Positions 32,601 through 44,743 are shown, counted from the first letter of the stretch. The stretch: DNA of 64,000 nucleotides from Leptolyngbyaceae cyanobacterium (GCA_050331235.1 JBHJHA010000017.1:61948-125947); one strand, 5' to 3'. Numbers and translations are program-made. The notes: generated by a model from the sequence alone, not told the origin.

Positions 32601-33067
32601 CTGAATACCTGAGGTCTCATCAAACGGGAGGTGAAGATAAAAAAAAGCATAGGGCACCCCTACACCTACATGACATGTTTGAACGAATGCTGGGAAAGCA
32701 TAGACAGCCAAAATCTGCATTTCAGCAAAGTTACAAGCTCATCACGACTAGGGCTATCCCAAGGGTCACGATGATGGCCCCTTGCCCTTGTCTAAGGATT
32801 AGCTTGCTGACAAAGCGCCCTGATTGTTTGTTGCCCTCTAATATAGTGAGTTCCATCTGGCTAACTGTTCAGAATTAACGGGATAGGCAAGTTTTTGCTC
32901 CAATGTCATCGGGCCTCTAGCTGCTGGTGCGGAGTTGGCGATTGTCCAGGGGAGTGCAACCGTAACTGTGCCGATTATGGCGGGCAACAATACAGGTGGC
33001 ATGGCTATCAGAGTCTCACTGAGGCCACAAAAGCGTGCGAGTTAGGAAAGAAATGCCGACAGCTTTT

Positions 33068-36046
33068 TTATTGGGCCGGCAAGCGTCCCTGGAGCCAATA
33101 GGTAGTCATTTCTCCCTTACCCTTGACATCGATCGCGCCGCGCTTTTGAAAAGCGTATTGATGCTTGAGTTGCTCATAAATCGCCGCCGTGACCTGAATC
33201 TGGTCAGCAACCCCCTGTGACTCCATGCGGCTGGCCACATTTACGGCATCGCCCCACAGGTCGTAGGAGAACTTCTTGAGGCCAATGACGCCAGCAACAA
33301 CGGGACCAGAGTCGATGCCAATGCGGAGACTGAAATTAGATTGATCTTGACGCTGGAATTGCGCGATCGCTGCTTGCATATCGAGGGCCATTTCTGCGAT
33401 CGCCTGCGAATGGTTAGGCAAGGCTCTAGGAATGCCGCCAACTACCATATAGGCATCGCCAATGGTTTTAATTTTTTCTAGGCGGTGACGCTCTGCTAAA
33501 TGGTCAAACGCAGAAAAGATCTCATTTAGCAAGTCAACGAGTTCCGTCGGTGCTAAGGCTCCGGACAACTCTGTGAAGTTGACAATGTCAGCGAATAAGA
33601 TGGTGACTTCATCAAAGCGATAGGCGATTGATCGGCTGCTGCGTTTTAGCTGGTCAGCGATAGATGCCGGGAGGATGTTGAGCAGCAATCGCTCAGAGCG
33701 TTCTTGCTCGACCCGTAGGGCTTCTTCAATTTCCTTGCGATCTGTAATGTCGGTGAGAAACCCTTCGACTACGGCGACTGATGCATTGCGACTAGAGACC
33801 GGAATCCCTTTTTCCAACACCCATTTTTCCTGTCCAGTGGCCGTGAGAATCCGGTAAGTCATTTGAAACGGGGACCCGTCGGGCAATGCCCGTTGTACTT
33901 CTCCCTTGACATAGAGGCGGTCGTCTGGATGAATGAGCTCTTCAAACGGGAGGGACTCCTCCCCGAGTAAGTCGCTAGGGGCATAGCCGGTTAGGTCATA
34001 GCACCCGTCGCTGACAAAATCTAAGGTCCAGTGAGGATCGCAGTGACGGCGGTAGGCCATACCCGCCAAGTTGCCTAAAAGCGTGGATAGGGTGCGTTGA
34101 CTTTCTCGCAGTGCCTCTTGAGCTTGGCGACGCTGGGTGATGTCGGCAATGGTTCCTTCGTAATATTGAATCGTGCCGCGATCGCTTTTGACTGCGCGGA
34201 CGTTTTCAGACACCCAAATGATTTGGCCATCGGCCTGATAGACTTGCGACTCAAAGGCGAAGACAGCTCCTTGGGAATGGAGCCGCTGTAGCATCGTACG
34301 ACGACGTTCTTCATGGACATAGAGGCGATCGATATTGCTCACCTGTGACATCATCGCCGCCGGATTGGCATAGCCATACATCCGCGCTAAGGCCGGATTG
34401 ACACTGAGATAACAGGCGTCAGGACTCGCTTGGAAGATCCCCTCAGCACTGTTTTCGAAAATACTGCGATATTTTTCCTCCGCTTTTTGGAGAGCGATGT
34501 CTGAGCGCCGCTTTTCGGTGATGTCACGAGCTACCCAGATGACTCGACTGTCGGGCATTGGCGAAATAATGGCGTTATACCAAGCAGTATTCTCGAAATT
34601 GTCAGGATCGGCCTGGCCACTAGCATTATTGTTTTGCTGCCAGTCACCAATCGGCAGACTGTACTCCAGCCTTACTGGTTTACGAGCATTGAGCGCCTGC
34701 TGGATGTGGCGCATAAACAAACTTGCTTGGTAAGGAGGCAACACATCATAGACGGTCTGACCGATGCGTTCTTTGCTGGGATTAAAAAGTAATTGAGAAC
34801 TCGTCGCCACCATATTGAGATACCGACCGTCACCGTCAAAAACCGTGATCACATCGGTCATCGCGGCAAACAAAGCCCGCAACTCCGCTTCTGAAGCTCT
34901 CAGGGCCTCTTCAATCCGATGGCGTTCGCGAATTTCTGAAAGTAATCGCTGATTCGATTCTGTTAGGGCCGCCGTTCGCCGGGTGACACGTAGCTCTAAA
35001 TCTTCATTAGCTCGCTGTAAGGCCGCTTCGCTTTCTTTGCGCTGGGTGATGTCTTCAACCGTACCTTCGTAATACAGTAAATTGCCTTGCTCATCATGCA
35101 CCGCCCGGGCATTTTCCGAAATCCAGATAATGCCCCCGTTGCGCTGATAGATTTGTGATTCAAATCCAGCTAGGGCCCCATCTTTTTCCAAGGTCATTAC
35201 AAACTCCTGTCGCCGGCTCGGGTCAACATAGAGCTGCTGTTGAATATTGGTGAGCTCAGCCATCATGGCTTCGGGGGATTCATAGCCATAAATGTGAGCC
35301 AGTGCGGGATTGGCACTGAGGTAATGACCATCTACAGTGGTTTGAAAAATCCCCTCGACGGAGTGCTCAAAAATGTTACGGTACTTGGCCTCGGCTTCCC
35401 GCAGCGCTTTTTCAGCGTGAACGCGTTGGGTAATATCAATGCCAACTGTGAACGCTGCTTTACCTTGGTTGTACTTTTGTGCGACGATCAAAAAGCGTCT
35501 TTCTTCTCCCGCGACATGGGCTGACACTTCTCGATAAGCATCTAGCTGGTGACTTTGGAAAAAGTTCTGCACAAAGACATTGAATTCATTACTAGTGTGT
35601 AGAAAGCCAATGTCTTGCCCGATGAAAGACTCGACGGGCATGTTGAAAGTCTTTGCTAGATGATTGTTAACGCCCAAGTAGCGCAAGTCATCGCTAATCC
35701 AAGACACAATGCCTGGCACGGCATCCAAAATCGCCTGCAGTTGGTCACGAGCGGTGCGCAGCCCGTTTTCAGCTTGACTACGCTCGACAACCTCAGCGAC
35801 CAAGGTGTCATTGGATTCTTTAAGGGCAGCCGTCTGCGCCTCAAATCGCTGGTTGAGCTCGGTCATTTCTTTCTGGGCTGTCTGTAGCGAATGAGTTTGA
35901 GTTCGCAGTTTGGTGCGCAAATCAGACACTTCTCGCTTGAGACTAATGATTTCTTGCCGGAGCGCCTCTTCTCCTGATGGCATGGCCTGATCCTGCTGAG
36001 AGGACGTTGCTGCATCTGTTTGCGGTAGCGACGATGGCTCTGTCAT
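33068..36046 (-). CDS. Multi-PAS class III adenylate cyclase
   Basis: Several PAS/PAC repeats (YRNIFEHSVEGIFQ; IIWISENARAV..YYEGTVEDIT). Cyclase motifs ILFADIVNFT, KIKTIGDAYM and YDLWGDAVNVASRMES; the Lys/Asp pair indicates ATP specificity. Confidence 0.9.
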   Translation of the reverse strand: MTEPSSLPQTDAATSSQQDQAMPSGEEALRQEIISLKREVSDLRTKLRTQTHSLQTAQKEMTELNQRFEAQTAALKESNDTLVAEVVERSQAENGLRTARDQLQAILDAVPGIVSWISDDLRYLGVNNHLAKTFNMPVESFIGQDIGFLHTSNEFNVFVQNFFQSHQLDAYREVSAHVAGEERRFLIVAQKYNQGKAAFTVGIDITQRVHAEKALREAEAKYRNIFEHSVEGIFQTTVDGHYLSANPALAHIYGYESPEAMMAELTNIQQQLYVDPSRRQEFVMTLEKDGALAGFESQIYQRNGGIIWISENARAVHDEQGNLLYYEGTVEDITQRKESEAALQRANEDLELRVTRRTAALTESNQRLLSEIRERHRIEEALRASEAELRALFAAMTDVITVFDGDGRYLNMVATSSQLLFNPSKERIGQTVYDVLPPYQASLFMRHIQQALNARKPVRLEYSLPIGDWQQNNNASGQADPDNFENTAWYNAIISPMPDSRVIWVARDITEKRRSDIALQKAEEKYRSIFENSAEGIFQASPDACYLSVNPALARMYGYANPAAMMSQVSNIDRLYVHEERRRTMLQRLHSQGAVFAFESQVYQADGQIIWVSENVRAVKSDRGTIQYYEGTIADITQRRQAQEALRESQRTLSTLLGNLAGMAYRRHCDPHWTLDFVSDGCYDLTGYAPSDLLGEESLPFEELIHPDDRLYVKGEVQRALPDGSPFQMTYRILTATGQEKWVLEKGIPVSSRNASVAVVEGFLTDITDRKEIEEALRVEQERSERLLLNILPASIADQLKRSSRSIAYRFDEVTILFADIVNFTELSGALAPTELVDLLNEIFSAFDHLAERHRLEKIKTIGDAYMVVGGIPRALPNHSQAIAEMALDMQAAIAQFQRQDQSNFSLRIGIDSGPVVAGVIGLKKFSYDLWGDAVNVASRMESQGVADQIQVTAAIYEQLKHQYAFQKRGAIDVKGKGEMTTYWLQGRLPAQ

Positions 36047-36404
36047 GGCAAGATTAGCGTTCTCTTAAGAGGTCCCAGGTCGACTCTATGGGCAATCTGG
36101 ATAGTATTAGCCAGCGGCGACTCTGCGCATACCGAACCAATCACTGTGTTTGTGATTGTGCCCACATCACTCGTGGAAGTCGTTGACTTGGCTTAATACT
36201 TAATCCACTCCCTAAATCGTTATTCCGGCTGATTTTGACAAACCCTGTAGCGATCTCAGGCAGCTTGAAGCTCACGCGGCAAAGATATTCACTCTTCCAA
36301 AATAACCGATTGAAATTCTGGCGGTTTTTGCCAGACACCGCCGAACAACGTGGGAAAATGACCACTGAGGAAGTTCGTCATTGTCAAAAGGTGTCCGAAA
36401 ATCT

Positions 36405-37679
36405 GTGAAAGCGTTAATTATTGGGAGTGGGGGCCGAGAGCACGCATTGGCCTGGAAATTGCTAGAGTCGCCCAACGTCACTGAAGTGATGTGTGTACCC
36501 GGCAATGGGGGAACAGCGACGTTGCCTCGGTGTCGTAACCTGGCCTTAGCGCTGGATGATTTTGAGGGGATTGCTCGGGTTGCCCTTGTTAACAATCTGA
36601 GCTTGGTGGTGGTGGGTCCTGAACAGCCGCTGGCTGATGGCATTACCGACTATTTAGAGCAGCAAGGGTTAACGGTATTTGGGCCTTCACAGTTAGGAGC
36701 ACAGATTGAGGCCAGCAAAGCCTGGGCCAAAGACCTGATGGCTGAAGCCAACATCCCTACGGCGGCGGCGGCAGTTTTTACTGAGGCAGGAGCTGCGATC
36801 GCTCATTTGCAACAACAAGCCTTACCCATTGTGGTAAAGGCTGATGGGTTAGCCGCCGGCAAAGGGGTCACAGTGGCTCAGACCCAAGATGAGGCGATCG
36901 CGGCAATTGAGTCTGCCTTTGACGGCAAATTTGGCGCAGCCGGTTACCAAGTGGTCATTGAGTCTTTTCTCCAAGGTCAGGAAGTTTCGGTGCTGGCCGT
37001 GACCGACGGTGAGACAATTATTCCTCTTATGCCAGCGCAGGATCACAAGCAGATTGGTGAGGGTGATACTGGACCTAACACAGGCGGTATGGGGGCTTAT
37101 GCCCCGACTCCGATTGTGACACCAGAAATTCTCGATCAGGTGCAGGAGCGTATTTTGGAGCCCGCGATCGCTGCTCTTAAGCAGCGCGGTATCGACTATC
37201 GGGGCGTTCTGTATGCGGGGCTGATGATTTCTCCTGAGGGGGACCCGTTTGTAGTGGAGTTTAATTGCCGGTTTGGGGATCCTGAAACCCAGGTGGTTTT
37301 ACCCCTATTGGAGACGCCCCTGGATGAGGTGCTGTTGGCTTGTGCTCACAAACGGTTATCGGAGCTGCCGCCGCTGCGATGGCAACCTGCTTCGGCGGCC
37401 TGTGTGGTAGCTGCCGCCGGCGGCTATCCCGATAGTTATAAAAAGGGGATGACGATTCATGGGGTAGAGGCTGCGACCGATAAAGGTGCGCTGGTCTTTC
37501 ATGCAGGCACGCAATTACAGCAAGGGCAAGTACGTGCCAACGGTGGGCGGATCCTGAGTGTGACAGCCTTGGGTGAGTCGTTTGAGCAAGCGCTGGCAGC
37601 GACCTATGATGCGATCGCCGAAATTCGGTTTGATTCCATCTATTACCGCCGAGACATTGGCTTTCGCATTCGCCGGTAG
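36405..37679 (+). CDS. purD: Phosphoribosylamine--glycine ligase
   Basis: GSGGREHALA, KADGLAAGKGV, GPNTGGMG, EFNCRFGDPE. Confidence 0.96.
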   Translation: MKALIIGSGGREHALAWKLLESPNVTEVMCVPGNGGTATLPRCRNLALALDDFEGIARVALVNNLSLVVVGPEQPLADGITDYLEQQGLTVFGPSQLGAQIEASKAWAKDLMAEANIPTAAAAVFTEAGAAIAHLQQQALPIVVKADGLAAGKGVTVAQTQDEAIAAIESAFDGKFGAAGYQVVIESFLQGQEVSVLAVTDGETIIPLMPAQDHKQIGEGDTGPNTGGMGAYAPTPIVTPEILDQVQERILEPAIAALKQRGIDYRGVLYAGLMISPEGDPFVVEFNCRFGDPETQVVLPLLETPLDEVLLACAHKRLSELPPLRWQPASAACVVAAAGGYPDSYKKGMTIHGVEAATDKGALVFHAGTQLQQGQVRANGGRILSVTALGESFEQALAATYDAIAEIRFDSIYYRRDIGFRIRR

Positions 37680-37750
37680 TCGCCTCAAAGGCAGGATGGC
37701 GGAATGATTAGGGAGACCTGTCTGAGTCGATTGACACGGTGTCTGGACTA

Positions 37751-37863
37751 ATACTATTTCTACGAATCACGACTACCCATAGATTCTTCAAAGCCCCTTT
37801 ATCAAAGGGGCAGCGACAGCGGGGGATCTGCAAATCTGTAGAGCTATCACAGAGAATTGGTAC
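37751..37863 (+). repeat. ~113-bp MITE-like dispersed repeat, copy 3
   Basis: ATACTATTTCTACGAATCACGACTACCCATAGAT...GGGGCAGCGACAGCGGGGGATC...ATCACAGAGAATTGGTAC. Confidence 0.88.
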
Positions 37864-37866
37864 AAA

Positions 37867-38643
37867 TCAGCAACCGTAGCGATCGCAAAATTTCTCCACA
37901 ATTTCTCTTAGCGGAGGATCTAGCCGCTCCCATACCGGTTGCCGAAGGATGTCGGGGATAGTTCCGTAGAACCCGTGGGCGATGCCCCCGGTAATGCAAG
38001 TCAGCGTGTCTGAATCGCCCCCCAATGACACGGCGTTGCGAATGGCATCTTCAAAGTCGGCCGCGTCTAAAAAGGCGATAATAGCCTCGGGAACAGTGCC
38101 CTGGCAAGATTCATTGAAGGTATAAACAGGCCGGATTTCATCAACGGTACGCTGCAAATCGTAGCCAAACGTCTGGCTTACATACTCCCGAATTGCTGCC
38201 TTAGACTTACCCTGACGACCTAAGAAAATAGCCGCTGCTGTCGCCTGCGCGCCTTTGATGCCTTCGGGATGGTTATGGGTAACCGCGGCTGTGGCTTCTG
38301 CCTGGGTAAGAGCGTCTGCCAGTGTCTCAGCAGCGAACCCCACCGGACTGACGCGCATGGCGGAGCCATTGCCCCAACTGTTGTAGGGCGTCAGACTTGG
38401 CGAGGCTGCCCACTGATGAAAGCGGGCACCGTAGCTGCCGCTGGGATTTGGATAGCGCCAATAATAATCTTTGAAGGCCTGGGCATAGCTACCGCCGTTA
38501 AGCAAAACATCTGCAACTGCAACAGACAAAATCGTGTCGTCGGTAAAGGTGGTCTCAGCCGTAAATAGGGGAAAGTCTTTGCGACGGCGATTATTGAACT
38601 CGTATACCGAGCCGATCATGTCTCCTGCGATCGCCCCTAACAT
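37867..38643 (-). CDS. ADP-ribosylglycohydrolase (DraG-like) family protein
   Basis: MLGAIAGD, FTDDT, GNGSAMR, THNHPEG, GGDSDT. Confidence 0.9.
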   Translation of the reverse strand: MLGAIAGDMIGSVYEFNNRRRKDFPLFTAETTFTDDTILSVAVADVLLNGGSYAQAFKDYYWRYPNPSGSYGARFHQWAASPSLTPYNSWGNGSAMRVSPVGFAAETLADALTQAEATAAVTHNHPEGIKGAQATAAAIFLGRQGKSKAAIREYVSQTFGYDLQRTVDEIRPVYTFNESCQGTVPEAIIAFLDAADFEDAIRNAVSLGGDSDTLTCITGGIAHGFYGTIPDILRQPVWERLDPPLREIVEKFCDRYGC

Positions 38644-38827
38644 AACTTCCCCACTCCTGCATAACCGTTCCTTTTATTGTGTCGATCTTTGGGAAGCACC
38701 ATTCAGGCAATTGGTATTTCTACACAACCGGCTTTAAAAAGATGTGGGAGCCGTTGTTGCACTCAAAGGCATGGGACCTCTAGTCGCAATGTGACGAGTA
38801 CTCAGAGCTGATGGTTGGGATCACGGA

Positions 38828-39919
38828 CTACTTGCCCAACTGAGCTAGAATCGCCGTGGCGATATCTGTATTTCCCGTAGTTGAAAACCGGTTCGAGGTC
38901 CGGGGTGGGTCAGGATCCCGGTGCAAAAAGTCCCACCCGCCTTCAACAAATTGCCGGGGAGACAAAATCTGGTGATAGTAGGAAGCCTGGAGCCCCGCCA
39001 CGAGTACGGGTCCTTCTGCAAAGTCATCGCGGGTCACGGTGACGACTGGAATATTCAAACGGCAGGCCTCGGAAAAGGTGCTGAAGCCGGGTTTGGACAC
39101 GACTCGACTACACAGCGGCATAAAATCGACCGGACGTAGGGCGCGATCGCTGATTTTGCAGAGATTGTCTAAGTTGGGAGCCATTTGATCAAAGGTGATG
39201 AACTGCCAATCTGGAAAGCGAGCAAGCTCGGCATAGGGAATTTGGGCTAGTCCTAGCCCCCCAAAGGTGAGCAACACGGTTTTATCGATGGGTGCGGCGA
39301 GGGCAAAGCGCGATCTCAACTCAGCTTGCTCAATGCGTGGAGATCCCCCAGTGAGACCTACATCTGTGATCTTAGGAAACGCTTCCATGGGCTCATGAAA
39401 GGGTAGGCGAAACAAGCGATCGCAGTCTGCAAAACAGGTCGCGATCCAATCTGCGATAGCAATAAATTCTCCTCCCCAGGGTCGATAGATAAAGTCCCAG
39501 CCAAAATTGCTCATCATCCAGCAGGGAACGCCGGCGGCCTTAGCTGCGATCGCCATCAGTGGCGGAATATCCCCCAACACCAAATCAACTCGGGCGGCTT
39601 TGAGGAATGTCGCCTCGCGCTCAATCAGCTCAGTCTGATGGGTGCGAATGTCCTGTAGCGCTTTCAGCGTGGCAGCCTTGTCCATCGTCAGGCTGTCCTG
39701 CTGCAGGACACCAATATCAACGGCGACTTTTCTCAGCTGATAGCATCCGTCAAAGTAGCTTTCCAGCAACCACTGAGGTGCTGTGGTCGCCAAGATGATG
39801 TCAACCTCCGGCTGTAGTTGCTTCAACTTAGCGGCAACGGCTGTGGCTCGAGTCGCGTGGCCAAAGCCGTGGTTGGTGATTGCCACATACAGAGTTTTTC
39901 TGCCCATGGTTTCCTTCAT
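38828..39919 (-). CDS. GT-B fold glycosyltransferase-like protein
   Basis: HGFGHATR, DIPP, NFGWDFIY, LLTFGGLG, VSKPGFSTFSEA. Confidence 0.75.
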   Translation of the reverse strand: MKETMGRKTLYVAITNHGFGHATRATAVAAKLKQLQPEVDIILATTAPQWLLESYFDGCYQLRKVAVDIGVLQQDSLTMDKAATLKALQDIRTHQTELIEREATFLKAARVDLVLGDIPPLMAIAAKAAGVPCWMMSNFGWDFIYRPWGGEFIAIADWIATCFADCDRLFRLPFHEPMEAFPKITDVGLTGGSPRIEQAELRSRFALAAPIDKTVLLTFGGLGLAQIPYAELARFPDWQFITFDQMAPNLDNLCKISDRALRPVDFMPLCSRVVSKPGFSTFSEACRLNIPVVTVTRDDFAEGPVLVAGLQASYYHQILSPRQFVEGGWDFLHRDPDPPRTSNRFSTTGNTDIATAILAQLGK

Positions 39920-40006
39920 AAGTTGACGGCAGGATTCGAAGCTATCCAATGACGCAGGTTGGTTCAAGGATGACCTTCGCCTCGTTATTTTCCCGCAAGG
40001 CCAAAA

Positions 40007-40039
40007 CAAAAGGCCCATCCTGAAAAGGATGAGCCTTTG
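40007..40039 (-). terminator. Rho-independent terminator of ftsH2
   Basis: Minus strand AAAGGCTCATCC-TTTTCA-GGATGGGCCTTTTGTTTT. Confidence 0.75.
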
Positions 40040-40063
40040 CTTCAACAATAGAGGCCAACAGGG

Positions 40064-41950
40064 TTAGAGCTGCGGTACAAGCTGCTCTTTTTCCGGGACA
40101 GTGGTGTACTCAGAAACAATCTGACGAAACTCATCGCCATCAATGCTTTCCTTTTCGATGAGCAGGTCAACTAAGCGATCAATCACCGCTCGATTGTCTT
40201 GAATAAGCTGTTTTGTTTCTTCATAACAGTTATCGACAATGTTGCGGACCTGGACATCAATGCGGGAAGCGATGTTTTCCGAGTATTCGGAGCGATTCAT
40301 CCAGTCGCGGCCGAGAAAAACTTCGCCCTGAGAACCTTCTAAGGAGAGCGGACCTAAGTCAGACATACCAAACCGAGTCACCATTTGACGGGCCATGCCA
40401 GTGACCTGCTGTAGGTCATTGCCGGCACCGGTCGTCACTTCAGCGTCACCAAAGATGATGTCCTCAGCAGCGCGGCCACCTAGCGCCCCTTTGATGCGAG
40501 CTAAAATTTGTGATCGCGAAATCAGCGTTTGGTCTTCGCTTGGGGTGAACCAAGTCAATCCTTGAGCTTGTCCCCGGGGGATCAGCGTCACTTTCTGAAC
40601 CGGGTCATGGGCCTTAACTAAAGTACCCACGATCGCGTGGCCCACCTCATGGTAAGCGATCAGGCGCTTACTCTTGCTATCTACCAGCGGTGTGCCTTCC
40701 ATGCCCGCGACAACGCGATCAACCGCGTCATCAATCTCGGTCATGGTGATGCCTTCTTTGCGGCGACGGGCCGTGAGAATTGCTGCTTCGTTCAAAAGGT
40801 TGGCGAGATCAGCACCGGTAAAGCCAGGAGTGCGACGGGCGATCGCATCGAGAGAAACTTCTTCAGAAAGCTTTTTGTTGCGAGCATGGACATTGAGAAT
40901 TTCTAAACGCCCCTTGATGTCCGGTGGATCAACGGTGATCTGACGGTCAAAACGCCCCGGACGGAGCAAAGCCGAATCCAATACGTCGGCTCGGTTCGTT
41001 GCGGCAATGACGATAATGCCGGTATTGCCCTCGAAACCGTCCATCTCGGTCAGCAGCTGGTTTAGCGTTTGCTCACGCTCATCGTTACCGCCACCGATAC
41101 CGGCACCGCGCTGCCGACCGACAGCGTCAATCTCGTCGATAAAGATGATGCAGGGAGCACTTTCTTTCGCTTTCTTAAACAGATCGCGGACGCGGGAGGC
41201 GCCAACCCCGACAAACATTTCCACAAATTCGGAACCGGAAATCGAGAAGAAAGGAACTCCAGCCTCACCGGCGATCGCCTTGGCAAGCAAAGTTTTACCA
41301 GTACCCGGAGGGCCCACGAGCAAGACACCCTTGGGAATGCGAGCGCCAACAGCAGTGAATCGCTCGGGCTTTTTTAGGAAGGTCACAACTTCTTGTAGCT
41401 CTTCCTTCGCCTCTTCGATCCCGGCAACGTCGTCAAAAACAACCCCGGTTTTGGCTTCCATCATGAACCGGGCCTTTGATTTGCCGAAATTCATGGCTTG
41501 TCCAGGCCCACCTGGTGCATTATTCGAGCGACGGAAAAGGAAAAATAAGCCCCCAATCAAAAGGAATGGAAAGTGCAGATTGCCCAAAATTCCCCAAACG
41601 GCGCCAGTGCTCCGGGGCGGATGAGAGTCTAAGCTGACGTTGGCATCTTTGATGCGGCTGATCAGCTCTGGGGCGTTCCCTGGCAAGTCGACCCGCCAGC
41701 GCTGCACTCGATTGTCGAGCTGGGTATCCATTGCCTCGACGATCGCGGTTCTGCCGTCGTCGTATAGGTCAACCGCAATGACGCGACCCGCATCTAAGTA
41801 ATCCAAAAAGCGACCGTAGGTCATTCTTGTGCTGGCAGCATTTTGACCCGTGTCCATGACGTTAGTCGAAAATGCATTCTGCCAGAAGAAGAACCCTACA
41901 ACCAGAATGGGTAGTGCCCATAACAGGGCGACTCTCCAAGAAAATTTCAT
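40064..41950 (-). CDS. ftsH2: ATP-dependent zinc metalloprotease FtsH2
   Basis: [12 protein letters not shown]-terminus, [24 protein letters not shown]. Confidence 0.92.
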   Translation of the reverse strand: MKFSWRVALLWALPILVVGFFFWQNAFSTNVMDTGQNAASTRMTYGRFLDYLDAGRVIAVDLYDDGRTAIVEAMDTQLDNRVQRWRVDLPGNAPELISRIKDANVSLDSHPPRSTGAVWGILGNLHFPFLLIGGLFFLFRRSNNAPGGPGQAMNFGKSKARFMMEAKTGVVFDDVAGIEEAKEELQEVVTFLKKPERFTAVGARIPKGVLLVGPPGTGKTLLAKAIAGEAGVPFFSISGSEFVEMFVGVGASRVRDLFKKAKESAPCIIFIDEIDAVGRQRGAGIGGGNDEREQTLNQLLTEMDGFEGNTGIIVIAATNRADVLDSALLRPGRFDRQITVDPPDIKGRLEILNVHARNKKLSEEVSLDAIARRTPGFTGADLANLLNEAAILTARRRKEGITMTEIDDAVDRVVAGMEGTPLVDSKSKRLIAYHEVGHAIVGTLVKAHDPVQKVTLIPRGQAQGLTWFTPSEDQTLISRSQILARIKGALGGRAAEDIIFGDAEVTTGAGNDLQQVTGMARQMVTRFGMSDLGPLSLEGSQGEVFLGRDWMNRSEYSENIASRIDVQVRNIVDNCYEETKQLIQDNRAVIDRLVDLLIEKESIDGDEFRQIVSEYTTVPEKEQLVPQL

Positions 41951-42107
41951 AACCAGGTGGCCTCTAAAGCATCGTTAAACGACAAATTTCATATATCAGA
42001 AACGCTGAGCGTGCTGAGAAACACATTTTGGTAAATATGATTCAACCTAACAAGGATTCAGCCGATCAGTAGCGGTCGGTTTACCGCAGTCCCGAAAATA
42101 TGAGTGC

Positions 42108-42135
42108 TTGTTAACTAAATTTAACGTAATTTCAG
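42108..42135 (-). promoter_or_regulatory. HLR1-like (RpaB) direct repeat upstream of ftsH2
   Basis: Minus strand GTTAAATT-TA-GTTAACAA; shares CTGAA-N4-CGTTAA-N6-TTAA with the ftsH3 upstream region. Confidence 0.55.
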
Positions 42136-42464
42136 AGGTCTGAGCAAATAAAGGTGAGAGTGACCGTCACTGAAACGATCGCTGAGAACGGGTTGACGTA
42201 ACAGGCTCCCCAACTCAAAGGAAGGTCAGTACGCTGGTACAAGCCCAGAACGTTCGAGGAACAGCCGATTTCTATTGGTTATCGCTTTGCTGGCAAGGCC
42301 GTGTTGAGAAACGTTGGGTCGAGTGACAGACGGTAGACGGGCACCTAGAACATTTTTCCTGAGTAACTCTGTAGTGCAACACAGTGCTCTCTCAGAAAAA
42401 CCAGATTTGTAGTAATTTTCAGGATACCGTAGGCAATATTGAGGGGAATGCGTAGCTTACAGCA

Positions 42465-42962
42465 CTAAGACTGATCTTGAATGAAAAGCGTATAGTCAGG
42501 AGCCTGCCCCGCGCGGTAGGCCCCGACCCAAATGCGATAGGCTCCCGGTAGCCAGGCCCCGGCGATCGCTGGATTAGGACCGTCGCTATCGTCATTGCAC
42601 CAAATGCCACCAGGCCCCGATATGACCAATGTGGTGTCTAAGTCAGATTCCACCCGCACCTCTAATTTGGCAAAGTTAGACGCTAAGGTCAGCTCCTCGT
42701 GGGGAGATTCGGAGATATAGCCCACGCAAGGCCCCGTCGGTGTGTTGCGAGTATTAACGACTGACCGGGCTGGGCGATCTCCGCCTCCGGTGCCTTGCAT
42801 TGTGGTCGGGTTGGGGCTAAATCCAGTTGACAGCGTTACGGCTGCTAGCTGCGCCATGGCAAGCTGTGATTGACCCGCAACAAAACCAAAAAGCATTATG
42901 CCTAAGGCATTTGCTAGCAGCTGATCAATCATCCTGGAGTTTTGCATAGGAGCTCCCTTCAC
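42465..42962 (-). CDS. Secreted hypothetical protein (PPC-like beta domain)
   Basis: Signal peptide, DTTLVISGPGGIWCNDD, GAYRIWVG. Confidence 0.7.
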   Translation of the reverse strand: MKGAPMQNSRMIDQLLANALGIMLFGFVAGQSQLAMAQLAAVTLSTGFSPNPTTMQGTGGGDRPARSVVNTRNTPTGPCVGYISESPHEELTLASNFAKLEVRVESDLDTTLVISGPGGIWCNDDSDGPNPAIAGAWLPGAYRIWVGAYRAGQAPDYTLFIQDQS

Positions 42963-42993
42963 CGATTGCGACGAATTGGGTCGCTAGACGAGA

Positions 42994-44445
42994 TTAACTT
43001 TTTGCCAGTTCCAAGGCAGCCTGCAGTCGTGGAATGTCAAATTGGCGCTTATGCAATATCAGCCAAGACTCCATCAAGTCAGGACCCTGCATGTCTCCCA
43101 TGAGAGCCGCTCTCAGGGACTTCATCATGAGCCCTTTTTTTGCACCCTGGGCTTTGACCACCTCATTAACGAAGGCTTTGCCGCTGTCCAAGTTCTCCAG
43201 GGCAGCCCCGGCCTGTAATCTTTCCAAGGTTGCTTGCAGCAGCTCAGCAACACCAGCCTGGCCCAATTGTTTTTGGGCTGCTTCGGAATATTCCATTAAT
43301 TCCGAAAAGAAAAATCGCCCTTGGTCTACCGCATCGGGGAGCCGGGTTAGGCCTGGTCCAAGCAGTCCTGCTAGAGTGGTCAGCCAATCTTTGTCGGTGG
43401 CTAGATCAAAGGCGTATCCAGCAGCTTGCCAATGGGGGATGAGTTGCACGACTAATTCATCTGCTGGAATCTCGTGAATATATTGGCTATTGAGCCAATC
43501 TAGTTTGTCCCAATCAAACTTGGCGCCGGCTTTATTGACTCGGTCAAAGCTAAACTTTTCAGCAGCTTCAGACAGCGTAAATACCTCTTCGCTGTCGGGT
43601 GCAGACCAGCCTAGCAGCGTCATGTAGTTGGCCAGGGCACCAGCGGTAAACCCCATATTCTGAAAGTCGGAAATAGAGGTGACTCCGTCGCGCTTTGAGA
43701 GCTTTTGACCGGATTGATTCAAGATCAGTGGAGTGTGGGCAAATTCCGGTACGCTGCCGCCCAGAGCCTCGTAGAGCAGAATTTGCTTGGCGGTGTTGGC
43801 AATGTGATCTTCGCCGCGAATGACATGGGTAATGGCCATGTCCATGTCATCGACTACGACCGCAAGGTTATAGAGTGGCTGACCAATGCTGTCCACGGAC
43901 GAGGCGCGGGCCACTACCATATCGCCACCAAGGTCGCTGCCTTGCCAAGTCATCGTCCCACGGACTAAGTCGTTCCATTGAATCGTGCGGTTATCGTCGA
44001 TTTTGAAACGAATAACGGCTTGGCGACCTTCTGCCTCAAAGGAGCGCTGCTCGTCTTCGGTCAGGCTCCGGTGGCGATTGTCGTAGCGGGGGGCCTGATT
44101 TTTGGCTTTTTGCAGCTCCCGCATGTTGTTGAGTTCTTCGGGGGTGTCGTAGGCGCGGTAGGCCAATCCTTTATCCAAAAGAGTTTGAATTGCTTGCCGG
44201 TATAGTTCCAGCCGTCGCGATTGAAAAAAGGGCCCTTCGTCCCAGGTGAGCCCTAACCACTGCAGGCCCTCGGTGATGTTTTCGGTGAATGCTGACCGCG
44301 ATCGCTCGATATCGGTGTCTTCGACCCGCAAAATAAACTGCCCACCGTGGCGACGGGCAAACAGCCAGTTGAAAACGGCCGTTCGAGCAGTCCCAATGTG
44401 GAGGTTGCCGGTAGGACTCGGTGCGATGCGGACACGAACAGACAT
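42994..44445 (-). CDS. gltX: Glutamate--tRNA ligase
   Basis: [13 protein letters not shown] (HIGH), [13 protein letters not shown] (KMSKS). Confidence 0.96.
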   Translation of the reverse strand: MSVRVRIAPSPTGNLHIGTARTAVFNWLFARRHGGQFILRVEDTDIERSRSAFTENITEGLQWLGLTWDEGPFFQSRRLELYRQAIQTLLDKGLAYRAYDTPEELNNMRELQKAKNQAPRYDNRHRSLTEDEQRSFEAEGRQAVIRFKIDDNRTIQWNDLVRGTMTWQGSDLGGDMVVARASSVDSIGQPLYNLAVVVDDMDMAITHVIRGEDHIANTAKQILLYEALGGSVPEFAHTPLILNQSGQKLSKRDGVTSISDFQNMGFTAGALANYMTLLGWSAPDSEEVFTLSEAAEKFSFDRVNKAGAKFDWDKLDWLNSQYIHEIPADELVVQLIPHWQAAGYAFDLATDKDWLTTLAGLLGPGLTRLPDAVDQGRFFFSELMEYSEAAQKQLGQAGVAELLQATLERLQAGAALENLDSGKAFVNEVVKAQGAKKGLMMKSLRAALMGDMQGPDLMESWLILHKRQFDIPRLQAALELAKS

Positions 44446-44714
44446 AAGTTCTGGAGAAAACGCAAACAACAGTTAACTATTCTATGAGTTTAAGTTGGCG
44501 ATTTGGCTAACTTAGTCTGAAAACTCATTGCTAGTGAGAAAAGCCAATAATCTCGCAGGGCAGTTTGTCGGGCTGTGAGATCAACTCTTTAGGTATCTAC
44601 GACGCTGAGGGTCATAGATACCCCAGCGCGGCAGTACAGGGATGACCTGAAGGCGGAGAGCTAATCACGAGGCGATCTCGTTGGCATGCCCCTATCGGGC
44701 AGTATTTGGCCAAT

Positions 44715-44743
44715 AAAAAAGAGGCCCCAAAGGACCTCCTTTT
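44715..44743 (-). terminator. Rho-independent terminator of ftsH3
   Basis: Minus strand GAGGTCC-TTTG-GGGCCTC-TTTTTT. Confidence 0.75.

Noticed and set aside
37867..38643. ADP-ribosylglycohydrolase as part of a toxin-antitoxin or DraT/DraG system
   Set aside because: No ADP-ribosyltransferase, macrodomain or nif gene adjacent; stand-alone copies are common.
44470..44715. Possible tRNA next to gltX
   Set aside because: No T-loop GTTCRA or cloverleaf found on either strand.
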